Source: Octopus bimaculoides (taxonomy: Eukaryota). Taken from it: a DNA stretch of 64,000 bases. The DNA is taken from assembly GCF_001194135.2 (NCBI RefSeq), contig NC_068996.1, forward strand, positions 27,175,161-27,239,160. The letters run 5' to 3'. Made by a program: the position numbers and the translations under genes. Position 1 is the first letter of the stretch; each line of letters begins with the position of its first letter. Below, piece after piece: positions 11,141 through 25,233 of the stretch. The notes beneath the pieces were generated by a model. It searched no databases and was not told where the DNA came from. It worked only from the letters and a program-made list of their open reading frames with translations.

Positions 11141-12964
11141 ACTGAATTTTTTATTGTTCTTTATCAATTTCATTAGGTATTTTCATTAAATTTCTTTAAA
11201 CATTTCTTACTAAAAAGCAGTATGTCCATGAGTGGTAGAGGTATTGAATTCAAGAAGGTAGCCAAAGTTGTTGTTGAAAGATGGACTCTGGATCCTACCA
11301 AGTCATTGTCAGACATCATAACTGTAGTGTGTGTCAATGCCCAGAGAAACAATGTTCCAAGATATGGTGATTGACTGACATTTGGTTGCATGTCTCTGAA
11401 CAGCTTCCACTAGATCAGTATTCTGGACAATAAATATTCAGAAAGCTACTCTTGTTTGAGACAGACAAATCTAGGTTTTTTAATTCATCTTTTTTTTAAC
11501 AGGAAATGTTTTTACTCACTGAAGCTACCAACCTCCATGCCCAACTCCCCTAACATTGAGTATCAAATTCATGTTTAGTAGCCTTCTTTTACTTTGTTGT
11601 GCTCTTAGGCAACCACTATATAAAGATACCATTGTTTCACTTAGTGATTGGGATTCACAGCTACACAAAGGACCTTCTGCTTGGTCACTCAACATACCAT
11701 CTTAAAGAGGATTATATCTATGACTTCAATGGATAATTTAGTGTTAAGCACATAATACCTGAAAAAATAAAACTAAATCGTCATGCCTGGATTGCTTGTT
11801 TATAGCTGACTTGGGTCAAAACAATAACAGCAACTACATCTTAACTATTCTAAACAGCTTCACATGCAGTCAGTCTACCCACAAGTTATGTGGTCCACTT
11901 AAAATTCCTGCCTGTTGTCATATAACCAATAAGTTCCTCCCTAACTTTAGGGTTATTTCCCAAGTAAATTATAACTGAATTGTGTGGTTAAGAAGTCTAC
12001 TTTGCAGTCATATGGTCTGGGTTCAGTCCCACTGCGTGGCACCTTGAACAAGTATCTGCTACTATACAGCTCTGGGGTAACCAATGCCTTGTATGTGAAT
12101 TTGATATTTGAAAACTTTGGAAGCTACTTGTGTGTGTGCGTGTGTGTATTTGTCTCTACTTGACAACTAATGTTTTTTTTATCTCTATAAATTAGCAACT
12201 CAGCAAAAAAAGAGAACAATAAAATAAGTACTGGAGTCAATTTAATCAGCTAAGTCCTTCAAGGCAATGCCCCAAGCGTGCCCATAGTGTAATGATTGTG
12301 ACAAGTAAACGAATAAAACATTAACTGCAAGACGACCGCTTCTATTTTGATATGGCTGTAAAAAGAGTGAAACAACTGTATCGCAATATTTCCATATTTC
12401 CTTCTGAGATTCCATATCTTCTACTTCTAACCGTTTCCCATTTCTATATTTTTCCTCCTCATCATGTTAATGTCTACATTTCCATGCTTGCATGGGTCAG
12501 ACAGAGTTTTTTTGAGCCAGATTTTCTAGTACCGGATGCCCTTCTTGTCGACAACCCATACCTGTTTCCAAGCAAGGTAATATTCACACACACACATCCT
12601 CTCATTCACACAAACACTCATTCTCACACACACACACACACGCACACACACATTCACACACATCCACACCCTCACATTCACACACACACACACATCTTTT
12701 ATCTGTTTCTACCTTTCATATATTTCACTCGTTGGACTGCAACCATGGTAGGGCTGTTTTGAAGGGTTTTAATCAGAAAAATTGCCTCCAGTATTTATAT
12801 TTTAGCCTGGTAACTATTTTATCAATCTTTTATGCTGAACCACTAAGTTACCAGTTGTCAAGCAGTTTATGGAGACAAACACCAACTCAAAGACACACAC
12901 ACAATATCATCGCATCTAAACACCAACTCAAAGACACACACACACACGCGCGCACATATATCAT

Positions 12965-13160
12965 CAGCATCTTCATCATTTAATGTTCACTTTCCATGCT
13001 GGCGTAGGTCAAACGGTTTGACAGGTGCTGGAGAGCTGCCCAAGCTCCATATGTCTGTTTTGACATGCTTTCTACAGCTGAGCCCCTTCTTAACACCAAC
13101 CACTTCACAGAGTGTTCTGGGTGTCTATTACAGGTGCTTTTACGTGGCACTGGCATGGAC
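12965..13160 (-). mobile_element. RTE-tail element, diverged
   Basis: (CAT)n-ttaatgttcactttccatgctggc... pattern. Confidence 0.65.
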
Positions 13161-14082
13161 AATTTTACAGGGCTTGACAGGCTTCTACACAACTTCTATC
13201 AAAGGAAACCTGTTGGAACTACCTCAATGTCAGACATTCCCATGATGTGATCAATCTGGTGTACTTTTGATCAAGTATCAAAAGACATGACACCCACCGA
13301 GCAGAAACCTTCATCATGCCAAGTTCATTGTGCAGAATATTCTCAAATCTCTCAGAATATGCTAATAGCATTGGCTACTTGATTTATAGTCAATCATCTT
13401 TCATCCATCATCATGTGGTGAACACAATCAATGGTGGTAGTTGCAAGACCCCTCCTAAATTCAGTTACCCCATTTTTGCAGTGTTGATAAAGCTGCAATG
13501 TCATCCCTAATGTAGCAACCTCATTAGCATTAATGTCCGGGGGGGGGCGAAACCATTTTCTTGCCAATGCTTGATAACACCACAATGCCAAAATTTGTTG
13601 ATTTTCAAGAGAAGTCGGTACTAGTTACTTTTGAAGTCGTCTTTGAACAATCAGATGTCAGTTTACCAGGAGAGAAACAATGTAGAGTTGAAATTAATGC
13701 ATGCAAGATTTCACAGCTCTGATATAGTCAGCTTATGGACATTTTATCCCACCCTTGTATGTGTGTGAATATATGTTATATATGAGTGTGTGTGTGTGTA
13801 TATATAGACAGACAGACAGCCAGCCAAATACAAGCTTCTTCAAGTTTCCATCTACCAAATCCACAGTACCAGAGCTACAGTAGAAGACACTTGCCCAAGC
13901 TACTACACAGTAGGATTGAAACCAAATCCTAGTGGTTGGGAAGCAAACTTCTTAACCACACAGCATTGCTTGCTCTTTAGAAAAAAAAAAAAAGAAGTAG
14001 TATAGCATTTATGAGCTATTTTATATATTTTGTAATTAATTTGTTCCCATGTTAATTGTTGGTTTTTAATTATATTTTCCAG

Positions 14083-14136
14083 GTTTACCAGCTAGTATGA
14101 TATTTATTGGTTTAACACAGTTTGCTGTCAACAAAG
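14083..14136 (+). CDS. OCIAD1: OCIAD1 coding exon 3 (S-LPASMIFIGLTQFAVNK-G), first hydrophobic helix
   Basis: Acceptor ttttccag|, donor AAG|gtaagt; 54 nt, phase 1-1; continues the frame of exon 2. Confidence 0.92.
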
Positions 14137-15530
14137 GTAAGTTTGTTTTTTCTTTCTTTCTTAAGTGGCAATAGGTTCTTTGATAAAATGCAGGGAAGGC
14201 TCCCCAGCTGGTTCTTTCTGTTATTGTTTAGTTCTACATCAGGTCAATCCTGGTCAAGTAGACATGATTGATTAGTAGATACTCCAAACATTCCCCTTCC
14301 TAACTTATTTTTCAGGTATATTATATTTAATGACTACATTATCTTATGTGTTTCTTTCTCTTTTTAAAAGCCAGCTGTGATTGGAAGAAAATTTGACTGT
14401 TACTTCTAATAGGTTAGATAGATTTCATATAGAGGCACTCTCATTGCTCATCTCACAGTTGGTTACTCTTCCTAATATTAAACAGTGTGTTCTGCTTGGC
14501 TTAACATCACCACATGGCACATTGCATACCTTTCACTAAGTCTACTTTTAAAGCAAATATTCTGGCCTAAGAACAGCTTTTCCTTTCTCTACTTCCAACA
14601 CTCTTAGAAGCACTGATTTAGGGTCATGCACACCACACCTTCCTCATCTAATTTTAAAAGTATCTCTTCATTAACAAATATAGCATAGAGCATTAGAAGT
14701 GAACATCTTGCTAGACAAATATTAAATAGGGTAACAAGATTATCGTAAAGTAATGTGTATTTGATCCAGTTAAAGGCCTACTATCAATGTTTTGGGGTGA
14801 TAGGACTTTATCTAAACTACCTGTTTGGCCTTTGGATACCTTTAACAGAGTCCACATTGTTGCAAGCATTCAAGCCAGGTTGCCTGTTTAAGGGTACCTT
14901 CCTCCCTTTGTCTTTCCCATCAGTCTTGGAGACACTGTAAATAAGTTGTGGGTGTTGCATGTGTGTATTACTGTCTACTTGCCTTGACTTTGTGAGATAG
15001 TTGTGAATGAGTGTCACCATCTTACAGTCTTCTGTAAAAACATGCCTGGTCATGGGGGCGAGAATCACTTAGTTGAAAACAGGTGAGGGCTGGTAACAAA
15101 AAAGGATATTAAGTTGTAGAATATTCACCTTAACAAATTCCATACAGCTCATGCAAGTATGGACAAGTGGACATTAAAATAATGATGATGGTATTTCATT
15201 CATGATACTAAAGTTGTATGGTCAATAAGACCAGTGTTTCTTATCCTTTTCCCCTTGTATTTCCTCCTCACCCACCTCCTTTATCAATTGACTGTCCTGA
15301 TTTTCTTTCACATATGATAATAAAAAATAATCTTGCATACATCATATGATAAATATTGATTTCAAATTTTAGTACCAAGACCAGCAAGTTCAGGAAAGGA
15401 AGTAAGTTGATTACATTGTCCCCAGTACTTCACTAGCACTTATTTTATCAACCCCAAAGGGAGGAAGGGCAAAGCTGACCTTGGCAGAATTTGAATTCAG
15501 AAAGTAAAGACTGACAGAATGTAGCTAAGC

Positions 15531-15905
15531 AGGAGTGGCTGTGTGGTAAGTAGCTTGCTTACCAACCACATGGTTCCAGGTTCAGTTCCACTGCTTGTCA
15601 ACTTGGGCAAGTATCTTCTACTATAGCCTCAGGCCGACCAAAGCCTTTTGAGTGGATTTGGTAGACGGAAACTGAAAGAAGCCCGTCGTATATATGTATA
15701 TATATATTGTGTGTCTGTGTTTGTCCCCCCAACATCGCTTGACAACCGATGCTGGTGTGTTTACATCCCCGTAACTTAGCGGTTCAGCAAAAGAGACCGA
15801 TAGAATAAGTACTAGGCTTACAAAGAATAAGTCCTGGGGTCGATTTGCTCGACTAAAGGTGGTGCTCCAGCATGGACACAGTCAAATAACTAAAACAAGT
15901 AAGTA
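15531..15905 (+). mobile_element. SINE family A, near complete
   Basis: High similarity to 28261-28870 and 39757-40155. Confidence 0.9.
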
Positions 15906-16276
15906 AGCATTTCACCTGGCATGCTAATGATTCTGCCAGTGATAAATATTACTTAACAATTTATTTATTTCTTCTCTCTTTCTCACTGTAATATATGTAA
16001 TTTAGGCTTCACTGATTATATTTTGTTGTATAATTGTAATTCAACTCCTTTATAAACTCTAAACTAGAACCCAAAGTTTTTTTAAAAATTGGATATAGGT
16101 TAAAATTCTTATTGGAATATTTGGTGATAAAATTATCTTGTGGATTATTAATTAAGTTTGAAGTAAATGGAGAAAAAATTCCATCCATCCATTTATTTTC
16201 TATACCCACTATTCCTAAAAGGGTTATGAAGATAGAGTCCTCATGCACCTTCTCCAAAAGGTCTTACCGGAAGCAA

Positions 16277-16444
16277 CATCATCATCATCGTTTAACGTCC
16301 GCTTTCCATGCTAGCATGGGTTGGACGACTTGACTGAGGACTGGTGAAACCGGATGGCAACACCAGACTCCAATCTAAATTTGGCAGAGTTTCTACAGCT
16401 GGATGCCCTTCCTAATGCCAACCACTCAGAGAGTGGTTGGCGTT
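16277..16444 (-). mobile_element. 5'-truncated RTE-tail element ending in a short foldback
   Basis: Same family as 1-235; inverted 14-mer at the truncation point. Confidence 0.8.
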
Positions 16445-17829
16445 CAGCTGGCTTCCCAAGTCTGATCAAAACTATGGATATTTATTATTCAACTGTCTCA
16501 TTCTTGGTCTACCCATAGGTCACCTGCTGATTGGCTTGGCTTCAAAATTCCATCTTTCCAGCAACATTCTAATCACGTCTGTAGTACAAGAGCTGTGACC
16601 TCTCAAAGTAGAGAAGAAGTGGCTCAGCTTAGAGAAGTACCCTGAGTTAAGCATCCTATTGAGTAACATTTGTCCAGAGATCTTTCAGAGGAACCCCATT
16701 TCAACTGCTTGTATTCAGTAGCTGTAAATTAGAGCATGACTTGGAAGGTGTATGTTGATGGTCTATATTTCAAAGGGTATTGAAAGTCAAAGAAGTTATT
16801 AAGAACATCATTTACAACAATTATGTTTTATATAAGAGGCATAGCTGTATCATAAGAAGTTTATTTTTCAAACATTTGCTCTCAGGTTCAATCCCACTGT
16901 ATGGCACCTTGTGAGTGGATTTAGTTGACGGAAACTGAAAGAACTCCATCGGGTAATACACTTGTATATGTGTGTATGATTGCAAACATAATGTGTGTTT
17001 GTATCTCCTTTTCTTGGCATTGTATGATAATTGTAAACAAATGTCACTGTTATACTATGTATGTTCTTTCCAATCTTTTGTGAAAGCATGCCCAGCCATA
17101 GGGTTAAAATACTTCACATAGAAGTAAGTGAGAGTTGGTGAAAAGAAAAGCATTCTGCTGTAGAAAATTTAACTCAACGAATTTCATCTGATCCATATAA
17201 GCATGGAAAAGTAGTTGTTAAAATAACAATGATACTGCTGTATCTCCACCATTCTGCCCAAGTTGATGTTTTGAGAAAATTTTATATCAATACATTTCTC
17301 TTTGAGCATAATTTGTACAAAACAATTATGACATACATTTCAAATAAACTGAAGCATTCGTATGTATAGAATAATGCATAGTATGAAGAAAAAATTTTAT
17401 TGTCTTATACATCTACACATTTCACGCTGTTCAAAACTGCAGACGTGTAGCTGTTCAATCATGGTCCCATTTTAATTTAACAAGTAGTTTCTCTGTCGTT
17501 TTTGTTTTACTTTTTTAAAACAAAAGAAATAAAGCTGAAGATAAGGTAGGGAATAGGGCAATGTGAAGCAAAATGCCTTGCTCAAGGACACAATGTACCA
17601 CTTAGTCCACGTATGATGTTAAGATCATGTCTCCCATCCTCAAATGTTAGGCTATACATACTTGTGAGAACCTTTAAAAGTTTTCTTTTAGCAGAGGGTT
17701 TTGTAGGGTTTGTGCAGATATTGCAAAACTAAGTTATGTAATAACTTAGCTGTTAGTAATGCGTGAACAGAAAGCTTCAGCAAATAAATTGTCTGCTCAT
17801 ATATGTTTGAATTGGTAATATTTTAGTTT

Positions 17830-18045
17830 ATGAAAGGTGGTGAGCTGGCAGAATCATTAACATGCTGGGCAAAATGTTTAACATCATTTTGTCCATCTTT
17901 ACATTCTGAGTTCAAATTGCACCTAGGTTGACTTTGTCTTTTATCTTTATGGGGTCAATGAAATAAGTACCAGTAGAGTATTGGGGTCAATGTAATTGAC
18001 TTATCCTAAATTTGCTGGCCTTGTGCTAAAATTTGAAACTAATAT
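17830..18045 (+). mobile_element. tRNA-derived SINE, family B
   Basis: aaggtggtgagctggcagaa head, GAGTTCAAAT B box, central gactttg-ctttcatcct-tggggtc-atgaaataagtaccag domain. Confidence 0.8.
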
Positions 18046-18739
18046 TTACTTTATGATGAGAGAAAAATCAATCCATCATCATTTTACTTTCTACTTTTCT
18101 TTGCTTGCATAGGTCAAATGGAATTTGATGATTCAGATTTTTTGTGGCCAGATGTGTTTTTTTTTTATAAATCCTCACTTATTTCTAAGCAAGGTAATAA
18201 TCCTCTAGTCTATTAGATAACAAACAGCTTCACTGAAGAAGTGACAAAAGACCAGGATGTTTAGCAATATAGGCACTTCACTTAATCAATCCTCTCTTCA
18301 CATTGCCCTCTTCCCTACCTCATCATCCCTATATATCTCTTTGAAATACCATCAATTCATTTTCACTCTCTCCTCTAAATATGAATGGCCATGTAGCCCC
18401 TTAACAATGAATACCTGCTCTAACTCAACCTCTTCTCTCATATCTTAACCTGCATCTTACACGAGGATTCATCCCACCTCCTCAGATTTTCTAGACTTGC
18501 ACGCTGCATGAAAGCCTCACTGCTGCCAGTGGCACATAAAATAGCATCAAGTGGTTAATGTTAGGAAGGGCATCCAGCTGTAGAAACTGTGCCAAGGAAG
18601 ACACTGGAGCATAATGCAGTCTTTGGACCCGTCAGATCCTTGTCAAACCATCCAACCCAAGCTAGCATGAAACATGAATGTTAAATGATGAAAATGATGA
18701 TGATGATGCTAATATATAAATATATATATATATATATAA

Positions 18740-18955
18740 AAGGCAGTGAGCTGACAGAATCGTTAGCACACTGGGCAAAATACTTAGCAGCATTTTGTCC
18801 AACTTTACGTTCTAAGTTCAAATTCCACCAGGGTCGACTTTACCTTTCATCCTTTGAGGGTCAATAAAATAAGTACTGGTTGAGCACTGGGGTTGATGTA
18901 ATCAACTTAACCCCTCCCCAAATTTGCTGGCCTTGTGCCAAAATTTGAAACCAAT
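18740..18955 (+). mobile_element. SINE family B
   Basis: Same structure as 17830-18045. Confidence 0.8.
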
Positions 18956-19551
18956 ACAAACACATCATGGATTTTCCTGTCATAGACTTCAGATAGAAGT
19001 TCTGCAATTTCTTGTTGAACAGCCTTTACATTAGCTTTCTCCCTCCATCAAATCGATATTGCCTGTACAAGTACCCAATGTGCCACACCTCAGATGTTGA
19101 CGTGATCACAGTAAAACTTTTATAAGATGAAATGTTTTATTCAAGAATACAATTCACCATCCCGACCAAGAATTGAAACCATGATCTCATGATAGTGAGT
19201 ACAACATCCTAAACATAATGATGGTCATCATTTACTTCTTCTGCTAGTCAGCTATTGAAGATGACAAGTCTGAACGCTCACTGGTCAAGTTTACCTGTCT
19301 ACTAATAGGTACCATGAGTAAGTGCTTCTATCAACAATAGCACTTGTAGTTAATGATTCCCGTGGATCTGAAATAGGTCATTTGTACACTATGACCGAGA
19401 AAAGAAACAGGGTAGGTAGGACTGGAATCATTTGGGCAAATATCTGCTCAGTGAGACTTGGTCTAAGACTAAGCAAACAGCAACAACTGTAGATGTAGAA
19501 CACTATGTTAGTAAATGTAGTACTCAATATGGTTAATAGAAAAGATAAAAT

Positions 19552-19790
19552 AAGGCGGCGAGCTGGCAGAAACATTAACACGCCGGGTGAAATGCTTAGC
19601 GGTATTTTGTCTGCCGCTACGTTCTGAGTTCAAATTCCACCGAGGTCGACTTTGCCTTTCATCCTTTCAGGGTCGATTAAATAAGTACCAGTAATGCACT
19701 GGGGTTGATATAATCGACTTAACCCGTTTTTCTGTCCTTGTTTGTCCCCTCTGTGTGTAGCCCCTTGTGGACAATAAAGAAATAAGAAAA
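19552..19790 (+). mobile_element. SINE family B, low divergence
   Basis: CpG-retaining copy: aaggcggcgagctggcagaa...gagttcaaattccaccgaggtcgactttgcctttcatcc. Confidence 0.88.
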
Positions 19791-19876
19791 GATAAAATAG
19801 CTTCATGAAATAAACAATCACAAAATATTTTATCTTATATTTATAAGATAAAATATTTTATTTTATTTATATATAT

Positions 19877-20521
19877 NNNNNNNNNNNNNNNNNNNNNNNN
19901 NNNNNNNNNNNNNNNNNNNNNNNNNNNNNNNNNNNNNNNNNNNNNNNNNNNNNNNNNNNNNNNNNNNNNNNNNNNNNNNNNNNNNNNNNNNNNNNNNNNN
20001 NNNNNNNNNNNNNNNNNNNNNNNNNNNNNNNNNNNNNNNNNNNNNNNNNNNNNNNNNNNNNNNNNNNNNNNNNNNNNNNNNNNNNNNNNNNNNNNNNNNN
20101 NNNNNNNNNNNNNNNNNNNNNNNNNNNNNNNNNNNNNNNNNNNNNNNNNNNNNNNNNNNNNNNNNNNNNNNNNNNNNNNNNNNNNNNNNNNNNNNNNNNN
20201 NNNNNNNNNNNNNNNNNNNNNNNNNNNNNNNNNNNNNNNNNNNNNNNNNNNNNNNNNNNNNNNNNNNNNNNNNNNNNNNNNNNNNNNNNNNNNNNNNNNN
20301 NNNNNNNNNNNNNNNNNNNNNNNNNNNNNNNNNNNNNNNNNNNNNNNNNNNNNNNNNNNNNNNNNNNNNNNNNNNNNNNNNNNNNNNNNNNNNNNNNNNN
20401 NNNNNNNNNNNNNNNNNNNNNNNNNNNNNNNNNNNNNNNNNNNNNNNNNNNNNNNNNNNNNNNNNNNNNNNNNNNNNNNNNNNNNNNNNNNNNNNNNNNN
20501 NNNNNNNNNNNNNNNNNNNNN
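19877..20521. other. Assembly gap (645 N) in the OCIAD1 intron where a coding exon is expected
   Basis: N run; it is the only gap between exons 14136 and 26996. Confidence 0.95.
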
Positions 20522-20543
20522 AGTAGCCTTATTTTCACTCATA

Positions 20544-21230
20544 TCATCGTCGTCATCATTTAACGTCCGCTTTCCATGCTAGCATGGGTTGGACGATTTG
20601 ACTGAGGACTGGTGAACCAGATGGCTACACCAGCCTACAATCTGATTTGGCAGAGTTTCTACAGCTGGATGCCCTTCCTAACGCCAACCACTCTGAGAGT
20701 GTAGTGGGTGCTTTTACGTGCCACCGGCACGAAGGCCAGTCAGGAGGTACTGGCAACGACCACGCTCGAGATGGTGTATTTTACGTGCCACCTGCACAGG
20801 AGCCAGTCCAGCGGTACTGGCAAAGAACTTGCTTGAATGTCTTTTCACGTGCCACTGGCATGTGGTAATGATCACACTCAAATGGTGCTATTTACGTGCC
20901 ACCGGCACAAGTGCTCTGGCAACGATCACGCTCGGACGGTGCTCTTAGTGATCCACATGTACAGGTGCCATCACAATTTCGCTTTCGCTTGCCCCAAAAG
21001 GTCTTCGCAAGTCGAGTTTAGTGTTCAATGAAGAGACGTTGGCATGGGTGCCAGTCTACAAATTTAGTTCGATTTCGATTTCACTTGTCTCAACAGGTCT
21101 TTGCAAACTGAGTGTAGTGTTCAATGAAGGAAAGGTACGCATAAGTGGGCTGGCTACATCCCTGGCAGAGGCCTTGGATTTTGGTCTCACTTGGCTTGCC
21201 AGATCTTCTCACGCACAGCATATTTCCATA
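20544..21230 (-). mobile_element. RTE 3'-end retroposon, 687 bp, with 20-bp TSD
   Basis: TAGCCTTATTTTCACTCATA at 20524-20543 and 21231-21250 flanks the element, as expected for a TPRT insertion. Confidence 0.9.
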
Positions 21231-22101
21231 TAGCCTTATTTTCACTCATACCGATGCTTGCATGGGTTAGACAAGAATATATTTAGGCAGAGTTTCAACT
21301 GTTAGATGCCTTTCCTGGCACCATTCCCAGCTTGTTACTAAGCAAGGTAATAATCTCCTAGTCTTTGAAACAACGAATAGCCCAGACATACTTTTGTGAA
21401 AGACTGGAAACAAACGACATCATTTCTTTGAAATGTGTTGCTTTTGTTTACAGCATGTAGCACATCAAGATAATACTAAGACAACCCAGACATGCTTTTG
21501 TTGTGATCTGCAAGCAAACAAATCATTGAAGGAGAAATACAAACACACACACACACACTCTCTCTCTCTCTCTCATACCTGCATATGATGGGCTTCTTGA
21601 CCCGATGTTCACGATCAAATGCCACATTACTTCTACACTTCCACATATCTATATACACACCTCCTATGCCAACACACATGCACACACCATCCCTATACCT
21701 ACTTCAAGACACACAAATACACTGATACATGCATCTACACACCTATTGCTTCCTCCTTTCTCAATTCCCACCATAAAATGGCCTACCCCTTGGTTTTTAA
21801 ACTTTTGCCTTTCTCCTACATTCAAGTCAATACTGTGTTCCATAGTGTTAGTGGTGCTATTACATCACTTGTTAAGGTTATCTTTACAGATTTTCTATAG
21901 AAGTTATAGCCAACACAGATTTGTTGTGATGTTTTGTGTTCAAGTACGCCTAATGTGAACCACAATGAGATAGAAGATGAAAAATGGGTGGTAGGTGTAT
22001 ACGCACACACATACACACACATATATACATACATACGTACATACATGTGTATGCATGTGTGTATGCACATACAACATTCAGAGAGAGAGAGAGATAAACA
22101 T

Positions 22102-22141
<40 letters not shown>

Positions 22142-23254
22142 CATTGTGACCATGGTCAAACATTCCTGGCAAAATCCACAATTCCTGACTTTTCGTTGTT
22201 CATGACAACTGCTCCTTACTGAGGTTTGTATTGTCTGAGAGTTGATCAATGAATATTTGAGCAGGTTTTCCTCTGCTGCATCTTCCATGAGCTGATTCCC
22301 ACAAAAGTAGTTTGTCTATAACTTTATAACTTCCTGTTTATGTCTCCAGCAATGTCTTGCAAACCATAACTGTCTTTGAGCAATTGTAGTTGCTACTTTG
22401 GACAAGTTCCCGTATAAACTCTCTTTTGTAATATGTTGATACCAATTTGTGTTTTGTGCAAACTCAAAGCATTTTAGTGTATGCATTATTTAGTTTCTCC
22501 TCAAGGTTACAAAGCAAACTTGTCGACTACCCAACCATAAATGTGCCTATATTTCATCCCCATCATCATCATTATTATCACCATTTGATGCTCTGTTTCC
22601 CATGCTGGCATGGACTGGATGGTTTGACCGGAGCTGACAAGATAGGGAACTGTGCCATGCTCCCCTGTCTGTTTTGGAATGGTTTCTACAGCTAGATGCC
22701 CTTCCTAATGCCAACCACTTTACACATATAGTGGGTGCTTTTTACATGGCACCAGCAGCAACAAGGTCACCATGTAGCTAGCCAGGCAAAGATCCCTCAA
22801 CTAAGAGGGAGAGTGAGATGCCTCTGTGTCAGGTGATGAGTATGAGAGAGAGAGACAGAAAGAGGTGTCTTGCAATAGGAAAGATACATGGTTGCCCCAT
22901 TTGGGAAAAGAGATGTAGTGTACCCTCAATGTACAGGAAGGTGAATATAAGTGAAGTGGTATGAAGGATTGGACAGGGTAAGTGGATAGGAAGTTCACAA
23001 GAGTGCAAAGGGGGAGGGAGAAATCAAAGAGAGGGGAATACAGTGAGTGGTGAAAATGGGTGGATGGGAAAGGGATTGGAACAGGAGTTGTTGGGGAGAG
23101 ATTCATCAGAGACAGATTGTGTGCAGGGGCATGGATGTAAGAGACATGCCCTTAGGGCTGCATTTTTGTAAATTGTCAATCATCTCAGTTGTTTGTCAAC
23201 TCCTCAAGTGGCTCCACATCTTGAGATCAGCCCTCACCACTTCATCTCATGTCT

Positions 23255-23500
23255 GTGGAGGTGCATGGCTTAGTGGCTAGGATGTTGGACTCATGATCAT
23301 AAGATTGTGGTTTCGATTCCTGGACCGGGCGACACGTTGTGTTCTTGAGCAAAACATTTCATTTCACATTGCTTCAGTCCACTCAGTTGGCAAAAATGAG
23401 TAATCCTGCAACGGACTGGCATCCCATCCAGGTGAGGAATATATATACGCCATAAAACCAGGAAACTATCCCTTATGAGTTGGCATGACTCGGAAAGAAA
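23255..23500 (+). mobile_element. SINE family C variant
   Basis: tggcttagtgg A box, gtttcgattcc B box, shared core ttgagcaaaacatttcatttcacattgc. Confidence 0.75.
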
Positions 23501-24745
23501 ACTTTTTTCTATCCCATGTCTTTAGGGTCTCTCTCTTCCCTCTTCCACAGGTTCCATCCACATTTAATAATCAGCTCCTTTTTATACATATCTCCTCATC
23601 TATATGCAATACATGACCATACTGGCCATCTTCTCTCTTGCACACTACATCTAATACCTCTTATGCCCAATTTTTCTCTCAGCACATTTACTCTTTCTTG
23701 TACATGCTCACTGACATTGCATAACCGGCAAAACATGCAAGCTTCATTTCTTTCAACCCATTGCATGTCCTGCATTCATAGCCCATATATTAAACTACCA
23801 TGTAGCATTGCTGTTTCTACACAAGCCTAGAAGGTTGGAAGAATGGAGATAGCAGAGAAATATATAAGGTGGCTAGAAGAGAAGCTAGCTGACAGGTCTA
23901 GCTTGCAAAGGGAGAAGCATACAGGAAGGTTTGACAATGTTCTACAGCATGAGAATCAGAAGCATGAAGTCATCAGCATTGCAAGACAGTGTATTTAGAG
24001 AAAACTCCTCATATTGTGGTAAAGAAGTGTAAATGGATGGATGATAGTACACTTGCACTTAATGATTCTAAAAAGAAAGAGGCATGGAAGTGCTACTCTG
24101 AAAAGCTACTAAATGTGGAGAATGCATGGAAGAAAGAGAACTTTCCTAACAGAGGGCCTAGCTAAAGCAATTAAGAATATGAAGATAGGGAAAGCCCCTG
24201 GTCCAGCAGCAGTTACCACCAAGATGCTTTAGCAGAGTGGGATACAGCCTAGTCACCCATGTAGTTAATCGGGTTGTCCAGGAATATATCATACCCAATG
24301 ACTGATATAGCAGCATTACAGTCAACTGTTACAAGGAGATGCCTTAGAGTGAAACAATTACAGGGGTATCAAATTCCAGGGTCTGGTCAGGGAAGTTAAA
24401 GAAAGAGTCATAGTTCAACTGCTTAAGAATAGAATTAATCTAGATAAATGCAGTTTGGTTTTGTATGAGGTAGAAGTACTGCTGATGCTCTCTTTGTAGT
24501 AAGGCAACTGCAGGAGAAGTGCTGTCCTGGGCATTTGTTAACATGGAGAAAGCCTTTGACATAGTCCTTTGTTCACTGATCTAATGATCAATAGGGAAGA
24601 TTGAGCTGGTGAGAGTCATATAACTCAAGTACTGAAAGTACTGTCAGTAAGGGGAGAGTTAGTAATAAGTATAGTAATGTGCAGGTAGAAGTACACCAGG
24701 CTCAGTTCTCAGTCCCCTCTTATTTGTAATAGAAACCTCAGGTGT
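23490..24745. mobile_element. Decayed RTE LINE fragments (minus ~23490-23830, plus ~23870-24745)
   Basis: Nucleotide similarity to the RT region of 58736-61458 (gaaagcccctggtcca, ttacaggggtatcaaa, atgcagtttggtttt); many stops and frameshifts. Confidence 0.7.
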
Positions 24746-24764
24746 GAATATGAAAGTAGCTATA

Positions 24765-24853
<89 letters not shown>

Positions 24854-25233
24854 ACACACACACACACAGTTATATATAAATATGTATGTGTGTATCTATA
24901 TCTGTAGGGAAGTTAAGAATGTTTGCAGAAATGGTAACAGTATTGAATTATCTATAAATTTTACATTTTATTCCCAACATTTTAACAAAAAGCAAAAACC
25001 ACTCTTTCAGTCTTGCTGGTAGAGTAATACCATAATATTTACACATGTGAATATAGGTTAAAATAGGACAGCATTCAGGCGTAGAAGATACAGTTACTTT
25101 CCATGTTTTACAAAGTTAATCAGATAATGTATCATAGAAATTTCCTTGTATATTTTCATGTTTTACAAATTCAATCGAAAACTTCTTGTTGTGCCAGATG
25201 TGTGCAAATACCTTAAAGGGCTTTAGTAAAGGG

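Noticed and set aside
16009-16257. 82-aa minus-strand ORF (MEKVHEDSIF...)
   Set aside because: No recognisable motif or splice support; AT-rich chance ORF or unidentifiable TE relic.
19252-19317. Possible 66-nt phase 1-1 exon before GTAAGT at 19318 as the missing OCIAD1 exon
   Set aside because: Translation AIEDDKSERSLVKFTCLLIGTM does not resemble the expected HPK(Y/F)G-type segment and the length does not fit.
19822-19859. 18-bp perfect AT-rich palindrome next to the large gap
   Set aside because: Low complexity and at a contig end; may be a read artefact or simply the cause of the gap.
19841-20542. Long ORFs in the track spanning N runs (also 29786-30594 and 35421-35767)
   Set aside because: Artefacts of translating Ns as X.
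21605-22288. Many 60-130-aa ORFs rich in YI, HT, CV or LS repeats across the window
   Set aside because: Translations of (TA)n, (CA)n and (CT)n microsatellites and SINE bodies.
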